Shown: positions 1 to 13,575 of the stretch, in pieces | Layout of the letters: every line of letters begins with the position of its first letter | How positions within the stretch are numbered: position 1 is the first letter of the stretch | Assembly (NCBI RefSeq): GCF_964204645.1 | Contig: NC_134036.1 | Coordinates: forward strand, 11,325,859-11,389,858 | From: Tubulanus polymorphus | Taxonomy: Eukaryota > Animalia > Nemertea | DNA length: 64,000 nt | Direction of reading: 5' to 3' | Notes under the pieces: generated by a model | Databases searched by the model: none | What the model was told of the DNA's origin: nothing | Seen by the model: only the letters and a program-made list of their open reading frames with translations | Translations under genes and position numbers: made by a program

Positions 1-2139
1 AATATGCAGTTAGTTTTTTTCGATTTGATATTACGATTCGATATTCTGGATTTCGTGTTTTGACCCGCTAATTTTCGTCACAAATTTTGATCAAAATGAT
101 TTTGATCAGATATAATTGTTAACCTAATGTTGCCAAATACTCTATTTTACATAGAAATTGATGCTCTTACTAAATCCCCATATTACAATTCCCGCAACAC
201 AATTACAGGCTGCTGCAAATAACTCAATTTACAATTCAGAATTTTGAAATTCAGCAAACACTTAGGTTTTAATAGATAATTGCTCATGATTGATTTTTTA
301 AAGTCCAAAAGAAATTCTACTCACACACGTCTCCTGTCTTGTCTCGGAGTTAAAGATTCACCAGATTCCACAAATACACACACTGAGTTCCCAACCTTCA
401 AAGAGTCCAGAGTGACCATTTTTGCGAGTATCAATTAACGAAGTTTGGTAAGTTGACTATTAGTGATCACAAGATCAAGATCGCATAATTCCGCTATTCC
501 ACTAGTGCAGTTAGTTCACGTGTAGTCCGGTTAGTTCACTAATAGTCCGGTAAATTGACCGATATGTAGAACTGATATCAATCCACATGAATTTCACTTG
601 AACACCAGCACGTCCAGGATTCACGATGACGTTTACAAGAGAGTCCTAGAAGAAAACATGAAATCTTTAGAATCCCACTGGTGAATACGTTCATATGCAG
701 AGGGGATGAGCAGTTTAGGGCGGATGGGTGATTAAGGGAGCAAATGATTACGGTTATGTGGCTTTTTTACATAAATTGTAGAATTGGGTCCAGGGAAAAA
801 AAACGAAAGAAGTATGGTTCGTATTTCCGATGACCAGTAGCAGGTTTAACGGAGACCCGGTGAAAAATTGATATTGGTTTAAGGAAAAGATCTCTTCGTG
901 GGAACGAAACCACTCGCCCACACCACTTGCTCTTCCATCTTAATATTCTCGCTCTACCTCTATACATTTCGTGGACTTGTCTTGGAAAGCCCGTCGCGGA
1001 ACCTACTTTACTCGTTGTCATGGAAACTCACCAACCTGTCCATTGTTGTGTTGCTATGGCTACAAACATGTCGTCTGCATCTGCAGGTGTAAAGACGGGT
1101 GACTGCTTTCACATAATATGAATGTAAACGCCTGACATGCGGCTTCGCTTTCAGATGATGAAAAAACTGGGTTTTTCGGTTACTTGGAAACCTAGCATTA
1201 CAGGATGCTTTGCAACATAATCTAAGAAACAATGTTAAAGGTCAAGTGCCCTCTAATTCCTACTTTAGAGTATAATATGTTGATTGATAAAACATTGAAA
1301 AATGTTTAGGAACTCTGAAAAGTTCTGTTTAAAGGAAGAGACAAGTTTAGCTTCTTCCATAGTATTTTAAGTTTATTCAGTTAAGGTTGAGAAATTGTGT
1401 ACATGAGAATTTCAAGTGGTTATTAGTATTATGTCTATTTATCAGAAGGTATTGCTGTGGTTTCTAAGAAGTTGCAGCCTCGTGTTTGCGAAAAAATCGC
1501 CACGCAGTACAGTTAGTTCATTTGACGTTTACATGACTTTTTTGTACTTTTGGCTTTTGTGCAAATCTAACTTGAAAAAACTGTGCTTGTTTGCAGTAAC
1601 AGACGTAAACCCAAATATTGCGTCGGCACTTGCCAGGCTCGAGGAGCAACATACTAATGGAGACGAGGATCGTAAGTAACATCATATTCCGCTGTAGGAA
1701 CTTACTTTATTGTATTGCGCTTGAACATAATAACTGGCACTTATTTTCAGTGATGGAGCGAATGCGCGATAAAATGCTGCAAAACGACTTGATCGGTACG
1801 CGGATTGAATGCGATTCTAACACTTTCTCGTTTCATTTTCTGATCTAATAACTATTTGAAGTTTTATGCTTGAAGATTAGTTTGTTTAGTGTTTCCAGCT
1901 TGTATTCGTGAATAACCGTTACCTAATATTGCATTATAGAAATCAATTAAGATTATGTAAATACGTTTATAGCCGGACTTTCAAAAATGGTAATAGTGAC
2001 ATCCACGCCGAAAAAGCCAGGCGAAAACGAGTCAACAGGGTCGACCGAGAATACGATACAAACCGAAAAAAGGATCAAAAGGCATAAAAGTGCGTAGATA
2101 TATTATTGTTATCCATGGACTGGCCCTCTAATCGTTGAA

Positions 2140-2570
2140 CGTTGTGCACCTCCTAACCCGAACTCCCTACCCTAACTTTGTGCACCTTCTACTTACTGAA
2201 ACTACTTACCCTAACCTTGTGCACACTCAGTGGACCTTGCGCACCTTTTAATCCAAAACCCCCTACCCCTGTGCACCGTTCACTGATATTAGCCCCCGGC
2301 GTTTGTGCACCTTATACTTACATTACCTCACAAACCCCGACCTTGTGCACCGTTTTACCCTAACTCGCTACCCTTGTGCACCGTATACTGATATTAGCTC
2401 CCGGCGTTTGTGCACCGTTTACTCCCTAGCCTTATGCACATTCTTTTTGAAACTTGAACTACTAACCCTAACCTTGTGGACACTCAGTGGACTTTGCGCA
2501 CCGTTTGACCCTAACCTTGTGCACCATCTACTTAGAAATCTTCACTAACCCTAACTTTGTGCACCCTCTG
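2140..2570. repeat. Degenerate array of TTGTGCACC motifs mixed with CCCTAA(CC) telomere-like hexamers
   Basis: Repeated ttgtgcac(c) and ccctaac units visible directly; a related GTGCAC array lies at 3478-3655. Confidence 0.8.
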
Positions 2571-3477
2571 CTTATTTTTCATACATTTTCACGTTCTTTA
2601 TTTCTACAGCGGCGCAAACATGCTTGCCCCGTTTGCACGCGGCCAAAGACACACATGCCGCAGCACCTCAGAGTCGGCCACAAGTGGGGGCGTGTTCGAT
2701 CCAGAAACTGGAATCGGAGAATAGAGGAAGACGTCACAAAGACGCAATACAAGACCATAGCCCCATATAACAAGCGGAGATAAATGGTTCAGTGTAGACA
2801 ATGCGGAATTACTTCAAGCCATTCTAAATGTCTATTGCGAGGTAACATCAGATGCTATTGACTTTGCGAATGAAAAAGTTATCGAATTACCATGTCTTTC
2901 GTTTTTATCTTTAGATCAGAGCAGTGATTCCGTGAAAGATTCAGATTCGGAAGTGAAATATTCTGATTCAGAAGTGGAAGAAACTAGTCCCAAAGATAGA
3001 AGTGAAAGCAATGAAGAAGAGAAGGCAGATGAAAGTAATGTGGAGGAGGGTGAGGTGACTGAGGAAAGTGGTGAAGAGGAGGAAGAATAGAAAGAGGAAG
3101 ACAATGTTAAACGAATGAAGAAAGCCCATCCGATGAAAAGGGTAAGTCCTACATATTTTACTCTTGTGTTTGTTCGTGATGACCTATTTCTTATTTGTCT
3201 GATTGATTTTGATGAGGAATTCCTACAATGGCTTCGCCCAATGGCTGAGGAGAAGAAAACTTCAGAGGCTTATGTGCGCGATAGTTGCCAGTTGCTAAAT
3301 TTTTGCAATGGCAAACTAAAGCCTCAAAACGTAGTCGACTTGTTGGAAGCGGAAAAAGACAGCGGTAACACCCCGGGGTCACTGAAGGCCTATGTTCATA
3401 CCATAAAGAATTGATTAATCCAATTCATTCTCAATGTGAGTATTAATGCATGGACCTCCCTCTACTCCCTCCAGGAT

Positions 3478-3655
3478 GTTGCACCTAAAACCCTTCCCTT
3501 GTGCACTGTCTATTTCCCTTCCCTTGTGCGCCGTCTACTTCCCATCCCTTGTGCACCGTCTTCTTGGAAAACTTTTTACCCTAGCCTTTCCCTTGTGCAC
3601 CGTCTACTTTCCTTCCCATGTGCACTGTCTACTTCCCTTCACGTGTGCACCGTCA
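3478..3655. repeat. Intronic minisatellite, unit approx. ccttgtgcaccgtctacttc
   Basis: Several imperfect copies inside a recombinase intron. Confidence 0.8.
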
Positions 3656-3854
3656 AGTAAGAAATCCGGCACACCCGACATAACATGCTACATATTGATG
3701 AAACTTTTGATTTCCAGCGTGGACACAAGGTATCGGGTATTCGACAACACACATTGAATCGTGTCGAAATGCGTCTAGCTACGTACGCCCAGAAGTTACG
3801 AAAGGATTCAAAAGCTAGGCAGCACGAAGTCCATGACAAGCAGCAAAGTGGGCA

Positions 3855-3902
3855 TACATACATGCATACATACATAAATACATACATACATACATACATA
3901 CA
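3855..3902. repeat. (TACA)n microsatellite
   Basis: Directly visible; explains the spurious MYVCMYV ORF. Confidence 0.95.
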
Positions 3903-5934
3903 TTGCATGCAAGGACTAAGGATGAATTTTTCCTGTTAACACATGTTTAACCTTTTTTGTAGAACTACTGCTTGACGGTGACGATGTGAAGAAAATACTG
4001 CAATCTGAAACATCGAAAGCGGCAGTAGAACTTTTGCAGAAAGGGACGGCTTCACTGAATGCAGAGGAATACTACACAGTACGGAACTTTCTCTTGTTCG
4101 TGGTTACAGCACTAGGAGCGAGCCGCCCTTCGCTTGCCATAGGCATAACATCTAGCACAATAAACGATGCAAAGGAAGATGCTGACAGTACATATACGAT
4201 CAAAGTATAGCCCATTCATTGTTCAAAGTATCTGAACTATTCAGGGATTATTATCTATTTTCTTTTTCAGGTTTTACCGCACAAGACAACGGCAAAGTAC
4301 GGAGCCGGTTTGATTCATCTTGAATCCGTACCATTTGCATTTCTTAGATCATTCGCCAAGCGATACGCCAAAGAACCGGACAAAAAGATTTGTCGAAACT
4401 ACGAGGGAGGTCTTCTACCATCCCATTACCTCAATCGGTCAGTAATTTTATCAATCATTTTAGGAAATGAAATTCAGCAATTAATTATTCATGATATGTT
4501 CAGACCATTACAACAGTACGTGAAGTCAACATTTGGCAAGAGACAGGTGACTCCTGCGATCATCCGAAAGTCTATCATGACTGCTATGGCGGACAAGAAT
4601 CCGGAGTTGCGAAAACAATTGGCCCACTATATGCTGCACAGCGAAAAGACCGCATATAGCTTTTACAACCTGAAGGATGGCCACAAGGGGACCATCGATG
4701 TAAGAAAGGCAGTTAAACGGACATTCGGGGTAGGCATATTGGCTGTAGTAGACACAATTTTGTTTCACCGAGCATAACCAGTTCTTTCTTTTTGTCGGCT
4801 CGAAACAGGTGTGTTAAAGAAAAAGGCTAGAATCGAATCGGAGGCTGGAACGAGTGCCCCCGGAAGACACAGGCACAGATGTCGGCACCAAAGATGTCGA
4901 AGTCAACCAACCGAAGATGTCAAACGAGATCAACCAACCGAATATGTCGAACGAGGTCAACCAACCGAAGATGTCGAACATGACAGTTCTGATGGAGAAC
5001 AGAATGTGACCGCCTCATCAAGTACAACCGATGTATCGGTGGTAAGTTCATTTTTATTTGTTTTCGCCAACCAAGAAAGTTCCAGGATCATTCTTATCCA
5101 TTTTATTTTGCAGTGCGTAAGAAAGCGAACCAGATACACGACCGATGAGGTGAAGGCGATTCGCGCCGCATTTAAAACGTACTTACGGGCCTGGAAAATA
5201 ATGCTAGTCGCTGAGAAAATCAAAGACATACAAAGAATCGTGAAAAAGTATCGTGTTGAAAAATTGAGGCAGTACCTCAGAAATGTTTAAATGAATGAAA
5301 TAGACATATCGAATTTCACTCTTATTGTTATCACTTTTCGGTCATGAAAGGAGGATTTCTAGCAAAAACCAGGAGACATCTGAAAAATGAGGAATTATAA
5401 CGATTTTGATCCTAAAAAGAAAATCACTAATCCGGGATTCGAACCGGATTGAATAGGGATACTTCTAATGGGATGGACTTTAGACACATTCTACTTAGAG
5501 GCTGTCAGTATAGGGATCCCTCAAACCGGATTGCTTTTCTGCACACTCTATATCAAAAGCCTTTTTCGAGTACTCGGTCCCGGGGCCGACCCCTGGGGTC
5601 TAACGCGTCGTGCTACGCATGCGCGGACTCCTAACGAACTCGAGCGGCGTCTAGAGGCCTCGTCCGCCACTAACGTGAGCTGGGTCTCATGAATAGGCCG
5701 GGTACCGTCTGGGAGGGTTAAAAAATTTTCAGTGCTGTAAAATAAACGAAATATCTCCGGAAGCATACGTCCAACGACGCCCATTTCTCGTGTGTAGATT
5801 CCCTGTGGGGTCCTTAACGCGTGACCGGTAGTTCAAATCTCCAAACCCGACACTTCCGGCCGGAGAGCTGTTTCGAGAAATCGATTTGGCCCTTACGCAC
5901 ATCGACCCCCCACCTTTTACTTATCCCTATTAGC

Positions 5935-6880
5935 CTGCAAGCCGGTGTTGCCAGTAGGCAGTCCGAACGGTTCCATCTTGCATCGACATTATATCACACA
6001 CCGTTTCCGATGTGTAATTCCTCGACTTAGTGGTCAGCCAAGCAAAGGTGGCGTTGCCCCTCTCCGCCTACCAGAACTTCCCGTGGATCGTCTTTGCCCT
6101 AATTTTGGCTCGGACTTCCCCGGTGATTCTGGCATTGATTTCGTTCTTGGTTGGCAAGATGTCTGCATCCTTCCTGTCTCCCGACCAGTGGGTGCGCTCA
6201 GCGCCAGCTCGCTTAAACACTACACGGACCACATTGTCATTGTCTTTATTGTACTTAGCCAGGTAGCAGAACACATCCGCCAGATTCCTGGCGAACGGGT
6301 ACTCGGACTGTAGTACGTACTTAGAAAAACCCACAGCGGTTTGCGTCAGCGCGTACCAAGTTGACTGGAGCCCCAGTCCGCCCCTTCCTTGGGTAGATAT
6401 AGTCTATCAATCGACTGGTGATTGGACAGTGCCCCGTTCTGACTCGTCACTTTCCGTAGCGAGCTATGGATTTCATCAGCATCTGTGCGGTGCAACGACC
6501 CTATCGTGCAGTATTACCTTAAGGCACCCATACACGCGGCATTGTGCGAGGTTACTTTCTGGTTGGAACTGAGCGTGGATCCCCAGATTGCCTTCGCCTT
6601 GGCGCATAAGTGGTCTTTGATTTTCATCTTCAGGTCACCCATGCAGGTTTCTAGCAACTGGAGCGCTCTCAGATGTACGTGCTCCCTCTTCCCTACACTG
6701 GCAGTGGCGCATTGTCTGCCTCCTCCGTCGTCACTCCGCCCTTACGATCCATGTGGGCTTCCCCGCATTTCTCGTAGCCTAGTTCCTTCCCACAAGCTTC
6801 CGCAGCATCTCCGCAAACTCTGGCCGCCACATGCAGCGTGAGTTCGTTGGACTGTATGTACTTGATGTCGTACTTGATTT
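5935..6880 (-). mobile_element. Non-LTR retrotransposon relic, R4/Dong-like (RT domains 5-7 and downstream region)
   Basis: Minus-strand translation across frameshifts gives YDIKY (eroded YxDD region), CGKELGYEKC (cf. IGMEFGLDKC), SIDRLYLPKEG/GGLG, KTIHGKFW and WL..SETVCDIMSMQDGTVRT (cf. ETEG..I.A.QDQ.L.TR). Several stops. Confidence 0.75.
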
Positions 6881-8150
6881 TCACGTGGAAGCGTCCCGAG
6901 AAAATCAATTACAAATAAAATCAAAATTGCGTTTGGCGTCGCGAGTTTTTATCTCAACATTAATTCGTTTATGCTAAAGGAGGTGTTTACGTAATCACTG
7001 TCTGATTTCATGAATTTAACGCAGCTTTGGAAGACGTCCTTTTTAGCGAAAAAATTATTATTTTTTCAAATGAAATCAGGTGATTCATCTATATCATTCT
7101 TTTTCTGTAATCCTTAGGTCGAAACAGTATGCGCACATACACCCGGGACATACACATTTACTAAAACTATAAAAGCATGATATACGACATGAAAAGTTGT
7201 CCATTTTATCCTTTTAGGTGTTTTTGATTGAGAGATCATCAGTTAAAGAAAAGGTATTATGATATTTGCTGATATCTGAACAAAAATTCCGCGATTCCGT
7301 CTTTCCGCGATATGACAACACCGCATTTCATATGCAATGTTTTCAGGATATTGTGTCCACCGGCTGATTACAATTACTCTCAGAATGTGATGTTAAAATC
7401 AATAAATTAATAAAAATCAATCAATAAAAGACTGCATAAAAAGAAAATACGTTACATTGTCAAAAAATCTAAAGACAACGAAAATAATGATTAACACCAT
7501 GATAAGCAACAAAATGGCATTCAACCATATATAAGCTTAAAATGAATAGTTGGTTTTTTAGAAAACAAATGACAAAGTAAGAATATAGCTGCAAAGCAGC
7601 GATAACGGGTTTTCTGGATGTATGTGATCGAAAAATTAATTACCGGGTATTCGATGGAAAAAATAAAATGAGATGATTTGGATATTATCGGAGCAATCCT
7701 CTTTTTGGTTGAATGGTCTAACCCCAGTATAGTCCCCCGTGATTTGGAAATTCTCGGAGCCCTCCGTTATTTACTTACTAAATGACGTCACAAACTGTTA
7801 TTTCGCCGGTGCTTGTTGTCTAACAATTTAATTCAATTCTTTATTTACAGTAACCTAATAAGTAATTTTAAGTTTCAAATAGGATGGAAAGTACATTCAG
7901 ACAATTTGTTGGTTCAGAGAGACCGTTATTACAGTATCAATTTATACATTTCGTTTCGAAGCTGTCAGTTGCCGAATCTGAATGAAGATGAATTTTATTT
8001 GACGAAATCGGCGGAAAATATATAATAATAATCAACAGAATTTCAAGAGGGTTTTCGACGAAAGTCAGAAAACCCTAAAAATTCGTCGTCAATCGAATTA
8101 ATCGTATAATTCATTGAAATTCATCAAAATGTGTATATTTCACTTTCAGA

Positions 8151-9075
8151 ATGTTCACTAAATTCTTGTTCCTCGCCTTGATCTTGTTTATTGTCATCGG
8201 AGCTATTGAAGGTATATGTATATAACCTACTTATTATTAGAGAGAAGTTTTGTGTACTCGGAAGTGGAAATAGTATTGCATGTCAGTTCATATATTTGAG
8301 TTGACCATGTTGGCTTATTGGAAGTCGTTGATTATCAATTATGTAGTAATGGCATTCCTCACTAATTCTGATTATATTTGAGTTGATTCAAAACGGTCAA
8401 TTTTCAAATTTTGATGACACAGTCATTTTTTTTCTCATCAGGGTGTGGGAACTATCTCGGATGTTATAAGGACGGCCCTTAAAGAGATTTGACTAGTCGT
8501 GCAGCCGATACAAAGAAAAGAACAATCCAATCATGCGTGCAAACATGTAAGGATAAAGGTACTGACAATTCTACTTGTATCTTAGACCAAAAGACTATGA
8601 GAGGTAAAATGACGAGATTTTGAATTTGACAAGTTCGCCATGGATCACAGCCTTAAGCTCTGCAATGTACCACAAATTGAACAAAAGTCATTTATGATTC
8701 GTGTCTTCCTTGAAATGCGGCGACACAGACAATCGCAACTACTTTTTCAACTATATCTACAATAAAAACTTCGATGAGGACCGTGTTAACAAAGTTAAAC
8801 TAATAACTACACATAGACTTTTCACGAACCTTTAGCCCCTCACACCTTTGTTTTTCCGATGAATAATGGTTGGATTTACTCAAATTTATCTTTTTTTTTC
8901 AGGATATAAATTCGCTGGACTTCAGGCTGGTTGGCAATGTTTCTGTGGCAATCGTGTTGGCAAGTATGGACCAGCACCAGAATCTGAATGTAACATGAAA
9001 TGTTTAGCAAACCCGAATGAAACATGTGGAGGCGGCTATTGGAAGAATTCCGTATACGTTACTTCAATCATGTAA
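8151..9075 (+). pseudogene. Secreted single WSC-domain protein, 3 coding exons, one in-frame TAA
   Basis: Exon 8151-8211 is a signal peptide (MFTKFLFLALILFIVIGAIE). Exon 8442-8558 reads NYLGCYKDGP*RDL...CVQTCKDK. Exon 8903-9075 reads [17 protein letters not shown]...CNMKC...CGG. Both introns are phase-1 GT-AG; AATAAA at about 9115; TAA at 8480-8482. Confidence 0.85.
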
Positions 9076-9897
9076 ATATAAGATGAATTCGATGTTCGTC
9101 GATTTAGAACCTCAATAAAAATTGATTAAAAATGCATGTATTATGTTTTCTTTGATCAACTTCAATTGACGTCAGAGACGGGGATGAGTCCTTTGTGCTG
9201 GATCTAAACAGGGCTACCCCATCACCGGAAACATTTTTTTCCGATAAAACGGTAAAAAAATCCAGCAGCAGATGAACCAGAAATTTCCGTTTAGAAATCC
9301 GTTTTATATTAGGTCGTTTTATAATCATAATCCGATAGTCAAAAAATCTGAAAAACGGATTTATCCGTTGAAAAAATGCAACGGAAAATCCGTTGAATTA
9401 CAGATATCTGGTTCATCTGCTGTCGGTTTTTTTAAATGTTTTCATCCGATGTATCCATGAGTTTTCCGTTCTAAAACGAACTCCTTCCGCGCCTAAAGCG
9501 AGCAAAAATCCATTGAACAGACTGTCACGAGGTACACGTGACCGAGAGTGACTCCTCCGAAAAGGAGAACCGAATTACTGAGATAACTCTTAAATATAAT
9601 TACAAATAGTTTAATTAACACAAAAAAACGGAGAAAAAAAAATAAAATAGAAATGCTACAATTTGAATCTGATTGAAGGCAGTGGTCACATTGAAGATGG
9701 TCGTTTATGGAGCGGAGATATCCGTCTACTTGAGAAAAGTTATTCTGATGATTAGGCGACGTCCGTATATGACGGCATTTACGGTGACGATAGTCATCCG
9801 GGTCAGTTCGGTTAATAGCTGATTGCTGACTGCTGACGAATCTCAGTCGAGTCGGATGTAGTGATATGAGTATTAATGATTACAATATACTATTGAT

Positions 9898-10196
9898 ACT
9901 AACAACAGCAAGAAGAAGGAGCTGCAAATATACACATAACAAACATTTACAATTCAAATATACATATGATCACAAACATATGATAAGGCGAAACAGTTAT
10001 TCATACATCTATAAACGCCTTGTTTTATAGAGACAAGTATTTGAGTCACTAACAACAGCAAGAAGAAGGAGCTGCAAATATACACATAACGAACATTTAC
10101 AATTCAAATATACATATGATCACAAACATATGATAAGGCGAAACAGTTATTCATACATCTATAAACGCCTTGTTTTATAGAGACAAGTATTTGAGT
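9898..10196. repeat. Near-perfect 150-bp tandem duplication
   Basis: actaacaacagcaagaagaagg...ttgagt occurs at 9898-10046 and 10048-10196. Confidence 0.95.
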
Positions 10197-11149
10197 TATT
10201 CGAATCGAATGACCAAATGACAAATTACGACAATTAGCCAAAATAGTATTTGAAAACATGAAATAATTACCTAATCCGCTAATTATTCTACCTAAATTGA
10301 ACTAATTAACATTACTAGCAATAATTCTACTGGTTTATACAAATAATTTTTCCTTACCCCATCACACGCGGCAAACATCTCTGAACAGCTTTAGCCTGTC
10401 CGTGCTTCACGGGCTTGCAAATAATTTCTGACCACGAGAAATGGTCACCAGGTCTTATATAGACTTACCACAATATGGAATGCAACGATATGATAGGTCG
10501 TCGATAGCATTACAACGACCACAAAGAAACTATAGTTTGCCCACGTCGAAGGACGGCACGCATTCGTCGCTACACTGCTACGTCAACGAAACGAAAAAAG
10601 ACCCTGCATGAGTAGTTAAATGTACACTAAAGCTTATATGAACACGGCTGAATACAACTAGGAGAGTTAACAAAATTTAGCTCGTGACACAGACAGAATA
10701 TAATTCAATAATACAGGGTTTAATACGATCTAAAAATGGTACAAAATTATGACTGGCTTTAAGTAAATGTAATAACAAAACCGTTGCAAAATGCGTGTTC
10801 TATCTAGCATCCTTTTTACACATTTACTGTAATGATTAAAGAAAATAACTAAATATCCCTTTCTGTAAGAATGGCTGCGATGATGTTTCTTGGGTGGTGA
10901 TTTGAATTGACATATGTACATACAGAAAAATCCTAACAAATTAACATAAAAGAGTATTCAATTCAAACTTATCAACTCTTGACTCACTTAAAAACATTCA
11001 CTTTTCTAAAAGCCTGTTACATTATTTCAAGGGATGACTGCACTTGTGAATGTGATTCTAATAATATGTCTACTAGAACAATTGGTCCACGTACGATTAA
11101 GCTACTGACGTAGAAAACAACCGAAAAAGCGTCTCAATTGATCCATTCT

Positions 11150-11232
11150 TAATCATTTTTGTGCTGGTGTAGTTTTCTCCTTGAACGCAAAGACTGAGGG
11201 AACAGCGTCTGGTTTCAAGATTTTCCATTCCC
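11150..11232 (-). pseudogene. THAP-domain C-terminal exon fragment (DNA transposon relic)
   Basis: After a tttcag acceptor the frame reads EWKILKPDAVPSVFAF, the AVP(S/T)xF box of THAP domains; the upstream C2CH part was not found. Confidence 0.45.
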
Positions 11233-11884
11233 CTGAAATTCAAATTTGAACAACACGTTTAAAGTAATAAACGGTCGTTGTTTGCGAGTGCGTCGGAGTC
11301 TGAGAGTTTACGTGTACGATAGTTCTCGAACCCGACAGGTTCCAAGTATTTGTTTGTCTTGTTATACTCGTTACTTTATTGACATATGGATGCAAGCTCG
11401 AGTCAAGTTTAGCCTTGGACTTGTTTATAGAAGTTGATATCATCCTCAAGGGTATCATCCTCATCGACTGAATCACCACGGTCCTAATGCATTCGTGGCT
11501 GGGGGTCAATACAGTATTTTTAAACTCAATTGCATGCTTTTAGGGTATGACAGATGTGAGGAAAACAATAATATGTGTGACGAAAGTAGTGAGTGTTGCA
11601 GTAACAATTGAAGTGTGAAGAAGTGAAAAATAACACCAATGACCGGGTTGTTACTAAAATGATCCGTCGGTGAAGATTTTCGAAATCATCAGTATAAGAG
11701 ATGTGCGTCAGCCGTGAGGAAAAAATTCCGGTTACGGTTTTTACTCTTATGCTGAGCAACCAACTCAGAGTATACAGAATGATAATCTGCCATTTTAGAT
11801 GGTATTCCTAATGCAACACATGCGGAATCTTGCTGCAAATGTTCATTTTTTGGAATACTTGCAGGGGTATTCGAATTAACCGAT

Positions 11885-12035
11885 AAATTGAAATAGGAGG
11901 ATGTTGATTTCTGTTTGGTGTTTCGAGGACTAAGGTGTCTAGTTTACTATAAGCTATTGGGTTCGAATCCCACTATAACCGTTTTCGTGCAGCGTACGAA
12001 AAAAGTGCCTGGCGGATTTGGGCGGCTTGAGGAGT
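11885..12035 (+). repeat. Dispersed repeat, copy A (copy B at 21005-21155)
   Basis: aaattgaaataggag...cgttttcgtgcagc...tgaggagta aligns by eye in direct orientation. Confidence 0.8.
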
Positions 12036-12849
12036 AGTAGGCAGGGCGATTTGATTAATTTTTCGTCATCAAGCTTTTCATCCAGATGAGGATTGCTATA
12101 AGCTAAAAATATATAACCTTCAATCGTTCCCCAAAGAACCCGGTCTAGAACCATCTGTGTCACGAGTGTCCGTGGAAAACCCCAACAGGATATCCGATAG
12201 CAGAGAATAAACAACGGACAACAAGAATTCTTAAAACAAAACGAGTTACAAGTTTATTCTAACGTTACTTCTACAGTTAATTGGAGTAGAGTTCGTTCAC
12301 ACTTTTCCAGTAGTGAGCCGTGGTGGTATCCGCGTAGGACGCGATCTTGATGTGTGCACACTGATCAACGTATGACGAGCCTCCCAGGATATAGTGAATG
12401 TTGACGACCGTACGTTAACCGCACTAACTTACGTAGCTTGAGTGCGGGAGGTTTCGAGACACACACACAATTGACGTATCTGAGTGGATATAATCCACTA
12501 ACTAAAAGACAACAACAGTTACTGTTACGACATTTTTACAAACCAAACGTGCGTCTCAATGGTAACGTTATTTTATTATAATGCAAAGATTTATCCGAAG
12601 ATAGTACAATACAATGGTTAATCTATCAATCAATTTGCTTGGAATGATTATTAAGAATGAACATTAGAATAGTTTAACTAACCCCGTGAACAGCATACAT
12701 GTGTTAATATATTACACCCAATACGGTGTCCTAACAGCTGGACGGGTTTTTCGTGTCTAGTGAAACGACCCTTAAACCAAATCTTATATAGAATTGACCG
12801 CTATGGTTGAATGGTCACATTGAGAAAGGTGCGCTGATCCCAACAAACA

Positions 12850-13575
12850 CACAGCTAGCTATAAGCTTTGCATGCATACAGAAATTAAAGGCGCCGACAG
12901 AGCAGCAGAATGTGGTTGCAGCGATGAAGATGAGGAAACTGATTGATGGAATTGAGGCAAATGTACTGTCAAAGATAGGGCAGATGGACCTGAAATCTTA
13001 ACAGGTAACTGCTGTACAGAAGTAAGAATTTCCTCTGCATGGTTGAAGAAGTGAAGAACTCCCCACCAATACGCTTTGACTGATCTTTCAATCTCCAATC
13101 ACCTTGATTCAGATAGATAGGCTTGTTCTACATTAAGTTGTTGCTGCTTTACAATTGATTGAAGCTCTGTAACAAACCGGACAATATCGTTCTCCTTAAA
13201 ATTAGTGAATCTTCTTAATTTTGCATTCAGAGATTCAACTCTATTGCCATCATAGGTAGCATATCCTGAAAATTCAACGTTTTCTGGGACAAGGACCATG
13301 ATCTCTCAATATATTTGCAAAATGAGATTTGAATTGTGGGGAAAAATGTTCTTTCTCTTTCATAGGATAATTCCAGATCACTCCATTTCTTTTCTAGTAA
13401 AGCTAAGCGTTCAATGAAATTGATGCTTTTGCTATGAACTAACCCTAACTCTGATTTTGATCCAAAAATATCCTTCAAAATGACCTGCCGTATACTAACA
13501 GACAAAGCAAGTTAAGTCATCAACTTTTCAATATTACGTCGTAAATGAACCATACATCTTAAGTGGATCTTAAGT
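12850..13575 (-). pseudogene. MULE/Mutator transposase C-terminal fragment
   Basis: HLRCMVH (CxxH motif), ILKDIFG..GLV..., EKKW, and NRVESLNAKL (catalytic Glu motif), with stops and frameshifts. Confidence 0.7.

Larger units (their letters stand above)
2610..5290 (+). pseudogene. Intron-containing Crypton-like tyrosine recombinase (transposon relic)
   Basis: GT-AG-bounded exons encode a C2H2-like finger (CPVC..HLRVGH), an acidic tract, a core-binding-like region, then YR catalytic motifs GASRPS (R), HKTTAKYG (K), TPAIIRK (R), MLHSEKTA (H), SFYN (Y), and a basic C-terminal helical domain (RTRYTTDEVKAI). In-frame stops at 2781, 3088 and 3412. Confidence 0.8.

Noticed and set aside
1597-2090. 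Small AG/GT-bounded exon candidates upstream of the recombinase
   Set aside because: Splice phases do not join cleanly to the 2610 exon and the peptides have no recognisable motif.
2140-2570. Repeat-spacer look of the GTGCAC array (CRISPR-like) or a true telomere
   Set aside because: Repeats are short and degenerate, spacers resemble each other, there are no cas genes, the context is eukaryotic, and CCCTAA units are not in a continuous tandem run.
5432-5447. tRNA B-box-like GGTTCGAATCC (also at about 11959)
   Set aside because: No cloverleaf or convincing A-box could be built; at most SINE remnants, so no tRNA is called.
9523-10366. Possible solo LTR (TG...CA)
   Set aside because: No matching target-site duplication, primer-binding site or second LTR found.
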